A DNA stretch of 63,177 bases, the filler included, from Candidatus Nezhaarchaeota archaeon WYZ-LMO8 (GTDB lineage: Archaea; Thermoproteota; Methanomethylicia; Nezhaarchaeales; WYZ-LMO8): the NCBI GenBank assembly GCA_004347965.1. It is 4 parts of 4 records of this genome, joined end to end, with 100 filler letters (N's around TTAATTAATTAA, not from the genome) between each part and the next. Parts side by side here need not be neighbours in the genome. Positions count along the whole stretch, not along the records: positions 19,814 to 39,164 come from QNVF01000024.1; positions 39,265 to 57,385 come from QNVF01000025.1; 2 more parts are not named here. One strand, 5' to 3'. Below the pieces are notes generated by a model that saw only the letters and a program-made list of their open reading frames with translations, ran no database searches and was not told the DNA's origin. This document shows, piece after piece, positions 32,900 to 45,363 of the stretch (within the stretch, counting starts at the first letter, position 1; every line of letters begins with the position of its first letter). A program made the translations under genes and the position numbers.

Positions 32900-33403
32900 T
32901 TATAGAGGTTTTTGCTTAATTCCGAGGAGGTAAGCAACATAGTTACTTGAGATGTGCAGTATGGGAGTTGCTACCAAGATTACTACAAGCTGATCAAGCG
33001 TCAGCGTGTAACCTGATGAATAGCAAAACAACAGAGCCACTAACACGAAGAGGTATTGATCAAGAAGAAGAGCTGACTCCCCCTGAGCCATGCCAAGCCT
33101 GCGCTTTATGAATGATCCTAAGGCATCGCCAGTCATAGCTCCCAAGCCCATTAGAAAGCCCCTTAACACATCGTTCAAGAAGAGTCCAACCAAAAAGCCG
33201 GAGAGAACTCCAGAAATGAAACCTTCAATCGACTTGCTGTCACCGAGAATCCTTCTGCCATCGATCCAGTACCTTCCTAGATCCATAGGCCTTCTCTTTG
33301 AAATGAGTCTAGCTACTATTAGAGGGGTCATGTTAGCGATATAAGCTGGCAGCACGAAGACTATGGAGCTTGCTACCAATTGGACTCCATATGTCAAGTC
33401 CAT
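32900..33403 (-). CDS. carS: CDP-archaeol synthase
   Basis: LPAYIAN..P, PMD.G....DGRRILGDSKS.EG, GD..GSFIKRRLG, LDQ. Confidence 0.93.
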   Translation of the reverse strand: MDLTYGVQLVASSIVFVLPAYIANMTPLIVARLISKRRPMDLGRYWIDGRRILGDSKSIEGFISGVLSGFLVGLFLNDVLRGFLMGLGAMTGDALGSFIKRRLGMAQGESALLLDQYLFVLVALLFCYSSGYTLTLDQLVVILVATPILHISSNYVAYLLGIKQKPL

Positions 33404-34105
33404 TTAATCAACCTCTCTTAAGAAGCCGTTCACTATGTGAGCCACAACTTCGATATTAGACTCGTAACCATGAATTTTTAGAAGCATTATTTTCCTTTGA
33501 AGTGGAACGTCAAGTTTATGTATTGAAACTATGTTGTCCGACCAGTAAGTCAAGATGTTTGATGCTATTGGCTCGTCAATTAACTCTTCGCTAGTTAAGA
33601 GAAACCTTAAGCGGCTAGTCAACACTACTCGCTTCTTTGTCTTAATAACATGGTTCTTTAATATTGCGGTTAGCTGATTTAACTTCTTGTTATGAAGCAC
33701 TAAATCGCGTCTACTTCTTATATCGAGAGACTTGTAGAGGGATGTAAAGGTATCGAAAATCAATAGATCGTGATCTAGACATCCTAGCTCCACTGCCCTT
33801 ACAAGCCCAACCAGATCGTCCAATTTGGTTAAATGATTTACATGGAACTTTGAAGAGAGAGAATTCAATGATGCGCTAATCTCTTTAGCTAAAGCTTCGA
33901 TTCTGGGATAAGGAAAAAAGCCGTCCGTATATGCGTAAAGAACTTTAAGTCCCTCAAGACAACCTCTAAGTGCTAATTGTAGAGCCAATGCCGTCTTGCC
34001 TGAGCCAGCTTCACCAAAGAGTAGGGTTACTTCACCTTCATGTAGCCCACCATTAAAAGCTTCATCGACCTTCAATAATCCTGTTCTAAGCTTTATGGGG
34101 GACAC
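33404..34105 (-). CDS. RadB-like RecA-family ATPase
   Basis: TG....D....GG, GEAGSGKT Walker A, Y..TDG; no RadA N-terminal domain; start GTG 34105 or ATA 34096. Confidence 0.75.
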   Translation of the reverse strand: MSPIKLRTGLLKVDEAFNGGLHEGEVTLLFGEAGSGKTALALQLALRGCLEGLKVLYAYTDGFFPYPRIEALAKEISASLNSLSSKFHVNHLTKLDDLVGLVRAVELGCLDHDLLIFDTFTSLYKSLDIRSRRDLVLHNKKLNQLTAILKNHVIKTKKRVVLTSRLRFLLTSEELIDEPIASNILTYWSDNIVSIHKLDVPLQRKIMLLKIHGYESNIEVVAHIVNGFLREVD

Positions 34106-34187
34106 CTCTAGTAATAGAGAGTGAATAGAGATAAGCTTACAAGTGCACAATCATTAAGGCTACGGTAAGACTGGTGGAGACGATAGG

Positions 34188-35480
34188 ATGAAGAGAATTA
34201 GAGAGAAGCGAGGAACGATAATTAAGATAGAGGGGCCTGCAGGACTAAGAGTCTTAGAGGGCTGTATTTCTATTCTAGGATCCACGATTAAACCTAAGGA
34301 GCAGGTAGTGATACCTAGATATAAATCATTAGTAGTGGAGTTTATTGAGGACTCAATCATAGAGCTTCGATTAGGTGGTGAAGCGAAGGTGGAGACGTTG
34401 ATGGAGACCCTCACACCACTGGAATGGAGGAGTGCTGTTGAGGCAATACTTTCACATAGTACTAAACCAATTAGTTGCATAGTTCTTGGTGATGTTGATA
34501 GCGGTAAAACCATTTTCTGTACATATCTTGCTAACTGTGCTGTTAGCAAGGGTCTCAAAGTCGGGATTGTAGACAAAGACCCAGGCCAAACAGAGATATC
34601 AATACCAACTACGATAGGTCTCGGCTTAATAGAAAAGCCTATATATTCTCTTGAAAACGTTGAAGCAGTATCAGCGAGGTTTGTGGGATCTGTTTCTCCC
34701 GCTAACATTATACAACGAGTCATAGCAGCAACAAAGCAGTTATACGATGAAGCTGTAAGCAAAGGATGCGACATCATAGTAATCAATACCAGTGGCTGGA
34801 TTAGTGGTCGAGGCGCGCGTGAGCTAAAGTATGGGGTGATAAGTACAATTCGCCCAAATTACATGGTCCTAATTCAAAGAACCAATGAAGTTGAGCACTT
34901 AGTTAAACCGTTTGAGAAGAGCGACATCAATATTATTAGAGTTCATCCATCATCTGCGGTAAAACTTAAAACTAAAGAGGAGAGGAAGGCAAGGAGAGAG
35001 TCTATCTATAGAAACTACTTTGCTAACGCCAAGGTTAGAAAGATAAGCTTAAGCAGTATAAGAATCATGTATTCGCTCTTCACAACTGGAGCCGTACTAA
35101 GTAATGTGGACTTAGAGAAGTACGATAAGGAAACTGGACTACACTTGATTTATGGCGAGGAGTGTAGAGACTCGCTATTTCTCGTAAACAGGGAGCCTGT
35201 GCAAGGCAAGACTAAGATGGAGGAAGAGATAGCAAGAGTCCACAGAAAGGAAGAGGTCTTGCTAACATGGATTGGTGAGGAGAGAGGATTACTAGTTGGA
35301 TTACTAGGTCCAGACTTATCGTACGTGGGGCTTGGATTAATCCGTGAGATAGATTATCTGAAAAGAAGCATAGAACTCTTAACGCCAGTAGAGACTACAA
35401 TAGGTGTAATTCAAGTGGGCTTAATTAAGCTTGACGATGACTTTAAGGAAGTAGCAAAGTATGACCGGACACCTTTATAA
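34188..35480 (+). CDS. Clp1/Grc3/Nol9 family polynucleotide 5'-hydroxyl kinase
   Basis: GDVDSGKT, D.DPGQ, INTSGW, ER...RE. Confidence 0.9.
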   Translation: MKRIREKRGTIIKIEGPAGLRVLEGCISILGSTIKPKEQVVIPRYKSLVVEFIEDSIIELRLGGEAKVETLMETLTPLEWRSAVEAILSHSTKPISCIVLGDVDSGKTIFCTYLANCAVSKGLKVGIVDKDPGQTEISIPTTIGLGLIEKPIYSLENVEAVSARFVGSVSPANIIQRVIAATKQLYDEAVSKGCDIIVINTSGWISGRGARELKYGVISTIRPNYMVLIQRTNEVEHLVKPFEKSDINIIRVHPSSAVKLKTKEERKARRESIYRNYFANAKVRKISLSSIRIMYSLFTTGAVLSNVDLEKYDKETGLHLIYGEECRDSLFLVNREPVQGKTKMEEEIARVHRKEEVLLTWIGEERGLLVGLLGPDLSYVGLGLIREIDYLKRSIELLTPVETTIGVIQVGLIKLDDDFKEVAKYDRTPL

Positions 35481-35514
35481 AAAGGATTACAACTCCATTT
35501 CTGGGTTCAAGAGG

Positions 35515-36428
35515 ATGAACAAGTACTTCATTATAACGGTTGTTGGATACGATAAACCCGGCATTGTTGCTGGGATAACTTCTGTAATAGCAGAGATGAA
35601 TGGTAACATAACGTCAATCAAAGCATACACTCTATCTGAGCTATTCGTTATGAACATGATAGTGGATGTTAGTAGAATAAGTGGCACAGAGAACGAGTTC
35701 GTCAAAAAGTTGAAGGAAAAAGCACTTCAAATAGGTGTCGGTATAGCAATAGAGGATGAGAAGGAAAGCTTCAAGACTAAGAAGCTCATAGCCTTCGATA
35801 TGGATGGAACAGTTTTAGAAGTTGAAGCAATAGATGAAGTTGCTAAATATGCATGTGTTCAAAATGAAGTTGCTGAGCTTACGAGAAGAGCTATGTATGG
35901 GGAAATGGACTTTAGCGCCGCGTTGAGGGAACGAGTAAAACTACTGAAGGGTTTACCTGTTAAGGTTGTCGAGGAGGTAGCGGAGAGACTGCCCATATCG
36001 AAGGGGGCTGAAGAAGTGATCAAGACCTTAAAAAGCATGGGCTTCATCACCGTCCTCATAACTGGAGGGTTTGATATAGTTGCGAAGAAGATTGCTGAGA
36101 AGTTGGGCTTCGACTACTGGTTTGCAAATAGGCTGGGAGTTGAAGATGGTAAGTTGAACGGTGAAGTTGAAATCATAGTTTCAGGTGGAGAAGCAAAGCT
36201 TAAGATACTAGAGGAAGTTGCTAAAGCCCACGGGATAGATCTCGAGGAATGTATAGCTGTCGGTGATGGGGCCAATGACCTGCTAGTGCTTGAAAACGTT
36301 GGCCTGGGCATAGGATTTAGACCCAAACCTATAGTCGAACAGAAGGTTAAAGCCTTAGTTAACATAAATGATATGAGGGCCATACTATCATTAATAGCGA
36401 GGGGGCGACTCAAGGAGGACGAAAGGGG

Positions 36429-36432
<4 letters not shown>
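35515..36432 (+). CDS. serB: Phosphoserine phosphatase with ACT domain
   Basis: G.DKPGI ACT domain, FDMDGT, T..AM.GE.DF...LRERV, GDGANDL. Confidence 0.92.
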
Positions 36433-39164
<2,732 letters not shown>

Positions 39165-39264
39165 NNNNNNNNNNNNNNNNNNNNNNNNNNNNNNNNNNNN
39201 NNNNNNNNTTAATTAATTAANNNNNNNNNNNNNNNNNNNNNNNNNNNNNNNNNNNNNNNNNNNN
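39165..39264. other. Artificial contig linker
   Basis: Same 44N-TTAATTAATTAA-44N pattern. Confidence 0.97.
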
Positions 39265-39867
39265 TCTAGGTACAGTTACTCCTCTGACAACGTTAGTAAT
39301 GACGTCATAAACTTCTCCTAATGTCTCCTCTCTTTCAGGAGGTGGACGTACTATGCGTGTTCTCACGCCTATCTTTGCGAAATCCTCGAAGTCCACAGGT
39401 GCTTGACATATGATTATGGTTGGCAACGCAATGAACCTTAGAAAGAACCTAGCTTTGTAGACTACATGCTCTCTAATGCTACCTAGATGAAGTATAGCTA
39501 GTTTATGCCTGTTTATGCTTAGAGCCTCTTCTTCATCTATTGAGCACAGGTTACCTCCAGGAGCTGCTGCTGAAGGTGCATCCGGAGCATTACCTCCTCC
39601 CTTGCTAAGAACCATTACGCTCACTTCAATACCTGCAGCCCTAAGAGCATACGTTATCTCGCAAACTGGCTTGGTAACATGTCTCCTACCAGGGGACATG
39701 GCTACTACAACAACGTCAGCCCTCATTGCTTGAGCCATCGTACCACTTTGTGCAAGCCCTCCACCAGTCTTGAGAGCCATAGTTCTCCTACAATCAACAA
39801 TGTGAGTCTTCCTGCCGAGCTTAAGATTCGAAATCTCGTAGATTCTCATTATGTCTCGAACACCCAT
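39265..39867 (-). CDS. mcrC: Methyl-coenzyme M reductase protein C (3' end cut off)
   Basis: GR.THIVDCR, GGGLAQ.GT, AMSPGRRH.TKPVCEIT, Q.PVDFEDFAKIGV. Confidence 0.93.
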
Positions 39868-39948
39868 TAGGGTTAGGGTTTAAAGACTTAAACTTAAATA
39901 TGTGATTCATGCGAATTACCTGGATAAAAATCCTATTGGGTTTAGAAG

Positions 39949-41487
39949 ATGGAAGAGAAAGTGAGAATATCAATAGATGGAAGGTCTCTGGAAGTGGAAA
40001 AAGGAACTACAATAAAGGAGCTACTCGAAAAATTGGGAATTAAATACGAGGGGCAAGCTCTTGTTGGCCTAAAGATGGTTAAGGAACAATTAATGCTAGA
40101 AACCACGAGCTTCGTCTTCGAAACCACGAAGGGCTCCTTTGTCGTTGAAGTCTATAAAGAAAACATCGAAACTTGGAGGAACATGCTGAAGAACATGGGT
40201 AGTCTCAGAGTCAAGTGGTCTACTCCAAGAGACGTGAGGTTAGGTGTCTTTACCATAAACTTGAAGCCTGAGCTCAAGACTAAGGAGTGGAGAGCTTGGG
40301 ATGTACTTATAAGCGCAGAAGGACTTGATATTGAGAATACTCATATAGTGATTTTGAAGGCAAGGCAAGAGTTAACGTACGCTGCCCCTCAAGGTGTTGA
40401 TAGTCTTGGTAGAGTTTCTCGAGGAAAGAACGTTGTAACGAATCTACAAATAGGAGACTCGATAATCTCTGTGAAGCCGATGATAACACCAGAGCAACTC
40501 TCTAAAGCTGTAGTTAGACTGAGCATTGATAATGTAATAGCAGAGCCTATGAACATATTCACTAAAGTTAAAATAAGGCTTCTTGATTCTTCACCAATGG
40601 CTGCCGAGCTCTTCATGTCCCTCGTTGAGATGTACGGTTTCACGGTCTCTAAAGCTCTCTCAACTTTCATAAAAAATGACCTCTTCAAAGGTCTGCAAGT
40701 TCCTCTTGAAAACAAGTCTCGTAGAGTACGTGGAAGTGTTACCATTAGAGTCAGTGGTCATGAAATGGGATCGATCTACGTGTATAAGAGGAGTTGCCCA
40801 TCATCGCCTCATCATAGTGTGATAGGCTACGTGGAGTCGGGAATTGAGATAATTGATGTGGCACGACCTATGGACAAAATACTTATCGAAACAGAACCTC
40901 AAAGGCTCAATCTCCTAGGTCTTACTCAAGCTGAAGCCTCAAAGATATTGAGCAACTGCGGCATAGCTCATGAAAGAGAGTGGTCTTCGAGAGACGATGA
41001 TGTGATAGTGGATCAAGAACCAAGCCTTACATTTCAAGTTTTAAAGGAAGGGAGGGTTAAAACGCGTGGTATTCCTGCGTCTAAGGTGCTAATGATCAGG
41101 CTTTACTACGACCAAGCACCCAGGACTGTGTGGTACTTCAAGGCATTAACAGGGCTACTTCATAGTAGAGTTGGCAAGTTAAAGGTTTACTTTGCTAATC
41201 CAATGATAGACTTCATTCTCTTCGAAGGTAGCAAAGATTTGAGTGGAGTGCTTTTACCGGAGAACAATCCTAAAGATAAGGTTAAGCCTCTCACAATAGG
41301 AGTAACAAACATGTCCAAGAAGCTTGTGGGTATGGTCGGGGTGAGACTTACGGAAAGCACATCTTATGGCCCGACGGGAGAGGATTTTGCTGGAACGAAC
41401 ATTATCGGCGAGGTAGTTAGGGATCTCAAAGTACTTAAGGAAGCTCGTGAGGGATCCATAGTATACGTCATGGAGATGCGATCATGA
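39949..41487 (+). CDS. mmp3: Methanogenesis marker protein 3 (cyclophilin-like)
   Basis: N-terminal ubiquitin-like domain, R.RGSVT.R..G...G.IY.Y, PEN.P, IGVTNMS, GVRL.ES..YGPTGE.F.GTNI.G. Confidence 0.9.
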   Translation: MEEKVRISIDGRSLEVEKGTTIKELLEKLGIKYEGQALVGLKMVKEQLMLETTSFVFETTKGSFVVEVYKENIETWRNMLKNMGSLRVKWSTPRDVRLGVFTINLKPELKTKEWRAWDVLISAEGLDIENTHIVILKARQELTYAAPQGVDSLGRVSRGKNVVTNLQIGDSIISVKPMITPEQLSKAVVRLSIDNVIAEPMNIFTKVKIRLLDSSPMAAELFMSLVEMYGFTVSKALSTFIKNDLFKGLQVPLENKSRRVRGSVTIRVSGHEMGSIYVYKRSCPSSPHHSVIGYVESGIEIIDVARPMDKILIETEPQRLNLLGLTQAEASKILSNCGIAHEREWSSRDDDVIVDQEPSLTFQVLKEGRVKTRGIPASKVLMIRLYYDQAPRTVWYFKALTGLLHSRVGKLKVYFANPMIDFILFEGSKDLSGVLLPENNPKDKVKPLTIGVTNMSKKLVGMVGVRLTESTSYGPTGEDFAGTNIIGEVVRDLKVLKEAREGSIVYVMEMRS

Positions 41488-41915
41488 AGAGGACGTTCGT
41501 GATTGTGATAAATCCAAGCTCAGAGTTAAGCCCTGAAAAGCTCTTTGATGAAGTGCTTAGTGTGAGTGCTGACATCTCCGCAAAGTGTACATGCTTTGGA
41601 GTATTAATCGAAGGCGAGGAGGAGGAAGTTACAAAAATCTTGAAGTACGTGAGGGAGAAGTATCCCTACGACACATTCATAAAACTTAGAGGTTACTCGA
41701 TTAATGACAGGAGAGTATGCCGTGCTCATAGAGGTGGGGGGCCTAGGCCAGGCTTCCATCAATTAGACGCAGAGTATAGGCTTCTACCACTCATAGCTGA
41801 GGCGTTGAAGGACTTAAGACTCGAAGAGGATAAGGTATCCCCACCTGAGAGCAAACCAATCAAAGCCGAGGAGATGAAGAAGATTGTAGAGGAGGTACTA
41901 ACAAGTGGAGCTTAA
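41484..41915 (+). CDS. mmp6: Methanogenesis marker protein 6
   Basis: K.TCFG..IEGE, RG....D.R.CRA.RGGGPRPGFHQL. Confidence 0.92.
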   Translation: MKRTFVIVINPSSELSPEKLFDEVLSVSADISAKCTCFGVLIEGEEEEVTKILKYVREKYPYDTFIKLRGYSINDRRVCRAHRGGGPRPGFHQLDAEYRLLPLIAEALKDLRLEEDKVSPPESKPIKAEEMKKIVEEVLTSGA

Positions 41916-42456
41916 AGTGGAAATCATCGGTGAAGGCAAGAGACAGTTCGAATCATTAATTAGAGATATCATCATGGATCTAGGAGTCTCCGGTTCAATA
42001 GAATCGTTGAAGATGTACCTCGATCCTCACGAATCAATCTTTGCTTTATACGTGAGAGCTAAACCATCATCACGTACGATAAGGTTAGTTGATGTTGCAG
42101 AAGTTTCGAAGCATGGGGATAAGGTTAGTGTGAAGATACTCGATGAGAGGTTTTCGCCAATTATTCTCAATCTTTTAGAGAAGATGTACAAAGATAAAGT
42201 TTCTCAGAGCAGTCGACATGAAATTGTAATCGAAAATGAGGGACGTAAAGAGGTATTAGAGGACCTTGAAATATGCGATTACGCCGACATGGTTAGGAGC
42301 TCAATCATAGAGCTTGTGAGGAGGATCATGCCTGAAGGTTTTAGGTCAGTAAAAATAATATCAAGGAATAAATACGAGCTGCTAGCTATAGCTTCTGAAG
42401 ATCCTTTAACTGAAGACCTGGTATCTAAAGTCAGCAGCTTAATGAACAGCAGTTAA
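41905..42456 (+). CDS. mmp17: Methanogenesis marker protein 17
   Basis: I...D, RI.PEGFR, ASED; follows mmp6. Confidence 0.85.
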   Translation: MELKVEIIGEGKRQFESLIRDIIMDLGVSGSIESLKMYLDPHESIFALYVRAKPSSRTIRLVDVAEVSKHGDKVSVKILDERFSPIILNLLEKMYKDKVSQSSRHEIVIENEGRKEVLEDLEICDYADMVRSSIIELVRRIMPEGFRSVKIISRNKYELLAIASEDPLTEDLVSKVSSLMNSS

Positions 42457-42462
42457 TGGTTG

Positions 42463-42996
42463 CTACTTCTTCGTGTCTTTAGTTACTTCTTTAATCCACG
42501 TCTTCACTACATCCTGGTACTCCTCTTCCCACATGCTATATAGCTTCTCGCAAGCTTTCTTATAAGCAGCAGCAAAGCAATAAGCTAAGATAGATGAAAT
42601 GGTGTACCTCCCCTCATTATCGTTAAAAGCTTTTTCAATCTCGTCGATCCCATCACTTACAATCTTCATAAAGTCTTCAATCATCCTGTGCGAAGTCTCC
42701 TCTACAATTTTGTTAAGTCCACCGACGGCGCCCTCATAGTATAGTGGGATTAGTGGTTTTACGAAGATCTTCTTTACCCCCCTTTTCTCTACGATCTCTG
42801 TCTTCACAATACCCAAACCTTCCATCTCATTTATCACATCTTTAATTAAGATCTCGCTTACACCAGTTAATGCAGCTAAGGTGTCTAGAGCTAGCGGACC
42901 ACGCGATAATATTTCAAGGATCCTACGCTTAGCTGAGTTGCTTAGCGCAGAACATATGATCGCACACTTCATTGAGTTCTCGAAGATTAACATCAA
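42463..42996 (-). CDS. Winged-helix (ArsR-like) transcriptional regulator with helical C-terminal domain
   Basis: ALSN..KRRILEIL..GP.....LA...GVS........L..M...GIV. Confidence 0.75.
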   Translation of the reverse strand: MMLIFENSMKCAIICSALSNSAKRRILEILSRGPLALDTLAALTGVSEILIKDVINEMEGLGIVKTEIVEKRGVKKIFVKPLIPLYYEGAVGGLNKIVEETSHRMIEDFMKIVSDGIDEIEKAFNDNEGRYTISSILAYCFAAAYKKACEKLYSMWEEEYQDVVKTWIKEVTKDTKK

Positions 42997-43156
42997 GATT
43001 CAGATCCCTCGTGTGTATGGTCATCTTGAGGATTTAAGCTTATACTTGGCATACAAACGTTGTACAGGGTACTTTACACATCAACTTATTTTGATCTATG
43101 CTTTAATGTCACGTTTACGGAGGACACAACTCTACTAAGACTCTTAAACGTAGGGT

Positions 43157-43172
43157 AAAAAAACTTAAAAGT
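43157..43172 (+). promoter_or_regulatory. BRE/TATA promoter of mcrBGA
   Basis: A-rich BRE + CTTAAAA ~35 nt upstream of the mcrB ATG; same AAA.CTTAAAA pattern precedes other genes in the window. Confidence 0.55.
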
Positions 43173-43205
43173 TCACCCAAGAAGTAGGTGTGCGAGGTCT
43201 AGGGT

Positions 43206-44540
43206 ATGCCTAGGTTCCCTGATAAAATAGATTTATACGATGATCGCGGAAAACTCATTGACACCAAAGTGCCTCTCGATGCGGTTAGCCCTCTTATTAA
43301 CCCAGCAATAAAGAAGATAATCTCGATAATCAAGAGAGCTGTAGCTGTTGACTTAAGAGGACTTGAGAGGTCTCTAGCCACTGGGGCTGTAGGAGGTAGA
43401 GGATGCATAATTAGAGGTCGAGAGCTGAAACTTGACATAGTACGTAATGCACCTGCAATAGCAGACAAGATAGAGAAGCTGGTAAGAGTTAAGCCTGGTG
43501 ACGATACAGAGGTCAAGATTCTCCGCGGTGGCGAAAACCTGTTGGTAATGGTTCCCTCATTAAGGCTTGAAGCAGGTGTTGAATATACAACTGCCTTCAC
43601 GGTGGTGGCTGCTGCCTTGTGTCATGTCCTCATCGAGACCTTCAACATCTCCATGTGGGATTACGACATGGTTCATGCAGCGGTTTGGGGTCGATATCCG
43701 CAAAGTGTTGACCCCATGGGTGCATGTGTCTCTCAACTCTTAGCTGTACCCCAGCAGAATGAAGGTATGGGGTACGCTCTAAGAAATATCCCTGCTGCAC
43801 ACATAGCAATGATAACTAAGAGGAACGCTATGAACGCCGCAGCTCTAGCTGCAATTCTTGAGCAGACAGCCATGTACGAGATGGGAGACGCCATAGGACC
43901 ATTTGAGAGGTACCAGCTGCTAGGTCTAGCCTATCAAGGATTAAATGCTAATAACATGGTCTACGACCTAGTAAAGGAAAATGGTAAGAGCGGGACCCTC
44001 GGTGATGTGGTTAGATCAACAGTTAAGAGGGCAGTAGCTGATAAAGTTATAAGACCACTTAAGAAGCTGCCCTCTGGCTACGTCCTGTACACAACAGATG
44101 ACTTATCTCTCTGGAATGCCTACGCAGCAGCAGGTCTCTTAGCTGGAACTATGGTCACATGTGGTGCTGCTAGAGCAATGCAGCACGTAACTTCAGTTTT
44201 AGTGTACTTCAACGACTTGATAGAGAGGGAGGCGGGACTACCAGGCGTCGACTTTGGAAGAGCTGAGGGTACCGGCATTGAAATGAGCTTCTTCAGCCAT
44301 TCAATTTACGGAGGAGGTAACCCTTGCGTATTCCACGGCAATCACATAGTCACGAGGCACAGCAAAGGCTTCGTAATACCTTGTGTAGCAGCTGCTGTAG
44401 CTCTAGATGCTGGTACGGTTTACTACTCTCCAGAGAGGTTGAGCGGAGTGGTAGGTGAGGTTTTAAGCGAAGTGCCTGAACTTCGTGAACCCTTAAAGTA
44501 TGTTGGTGATGCAGCTTCTAAAATTAAGGGGGAGGTGTAA
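43206..44540 (+). CDS. mcrB: Methyl-coenzyme M reductase beta subunit
   Basis: DKIDLYDD.G, WGRYPQ, YQGLNANN, WNAYAAAG, FFSHSIYGGG, GNHIVTRHSKG. Confidence 0.98.
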   Translation: MPRFPDKIDLYDDRGKLIDTKVPLDAVSPLINPAIKKIISIIKRAVAVDLRGLERSLATGAVGGRGCIIRGRELKLDIVRNAPAIADKIEKLVRVKPGDDTEVKILRGGENLLVMVPSLRLEAGVEYTTAFTVVAAALCHVLIETFNISMWDYDMVHAAVWGRYPQSVDPMGACVSQLLAVPQQNEGMGYALRNIPAAHIAMITKRNAMNAAALAAILEQTAMYEMGDAIGPFERYQLLGLAYQGLNANNMVYDLVKENGKSGTLGDVVRSTVKRAVADKVIRPLKKLPSGYVLYTTDDLSLWNAYAAAGLLAGTMVTCGAARAMQHVTSVLVYFNDLIEREAGLPGVDFGRAEGTGIEMSFFSHSIYGGGNPCVFHGNHIVTRHSKGFVIPCVAAAVALDAGTVYYSPERLSGVVGEVLSEVPELREPLKYVGDAASKIKGEV

Positions 44541-44543
44541 GAG

Positions 44544-45320
44544 ATGAGCGAATACAAACCTCAATTTTATCCTGGTTCAAGCCTAATAGCTCAAAACAGA
44601 AGAAAGTACCTAGATCTAAAATACCAGCTTAGAAGGCTTAGAAGCATAAGTGACGAGGACATAGTAAGACTTCTAGGCCACAGAGCTCCAGGAGAAGCCT
44701 ACAAGACTGTTCATCCTCCACTAGAGGAGATGGGCGAGCCTGATTGCCCGATAAGGAAGCTTGTCGAGCCAACACCTGGCGCAAAGGCTGGTGATAGAAT
44801 AAGATACGTACAGTTCACCGACTCGGTATACTTTGCACCGCTACACCCTGTCATACGATGCTGGGTCTATCACAATAGGTGGAGAGGTGTAGACCCAGGC
44901 TCATTATCGGGTAGGACCCCCCTTGAAGGTAGGGAGAGAGACATAGAACTCATATCTAAGGACCTCCTCGAAACCGAGTTATTTGATCCAGCAAGGTCAG
45001 CGGTTAGAGGTGCATCGGTTCATGGGCATGCACTAAGGCTTGATGAGAACGGACTGATGTTCGATATGCAGAGAAGGTACAAGTACGATCCTGAGAAAGG
45101 AGAAGTAGTTTACGTCAAAGATCAGACAGGCAAGCCACTTGATAAGCCAATTTATGTAGGCAAACCACTACCAGAGGAAGAGCTAAAGAAGATTACGACG
45201 ATATTTAGAGCGGATTACATCTCACTAAGAGACGATTCAGAGTTAATGGAGTTTGTACAAAGACTACACTGGTTGAGGACTATGGCTGGTGCAAATCCCG
45301 AATTAGTGAAGGGTGTTTAA
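44544..45320 (+). CDS. mcrG: Methyl-coenzyme M reductase gamma subunit
   Basis: PQFYPG, GHRAPGE, HPPL.EM.EP.CPIR, GDRIRY.QF.DS, VHGHALRLDENG. Confidence 0.98.
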   Translation: MSEYKPQFYPGSSLIAQNRRKYLDLKYQLRRLRSISDEDIVRLLGHRAPGEAYKTVHPPLEEMGEPDCPIRKLVEPTPGAKAGDRIRYVQFTDSVYFAPLHPVIRCWVYHNRWRGVDPGSLSGRTPLEGRERDIELISKDLLETELFDPARSAVRGASVHGHALRLDENGLMFDMQRRYKYDPEKGEVVYVKDQTGKPLDKPIYVGKPLPEEELKKITTIFRADYISLRDDSELMEFVQRLHWLRTMAGANPELVKGV

Positions 45321-45363
45321 ATTTGATTTATGAGTTAAAGTCATGAGTTTGGGGTGTATGGGT

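Noticed and set aside
34160..34786. 208-aa minus-strand ORF
   Set aside because: Antisense shadow of the Clp1-family kinase, with no motifs
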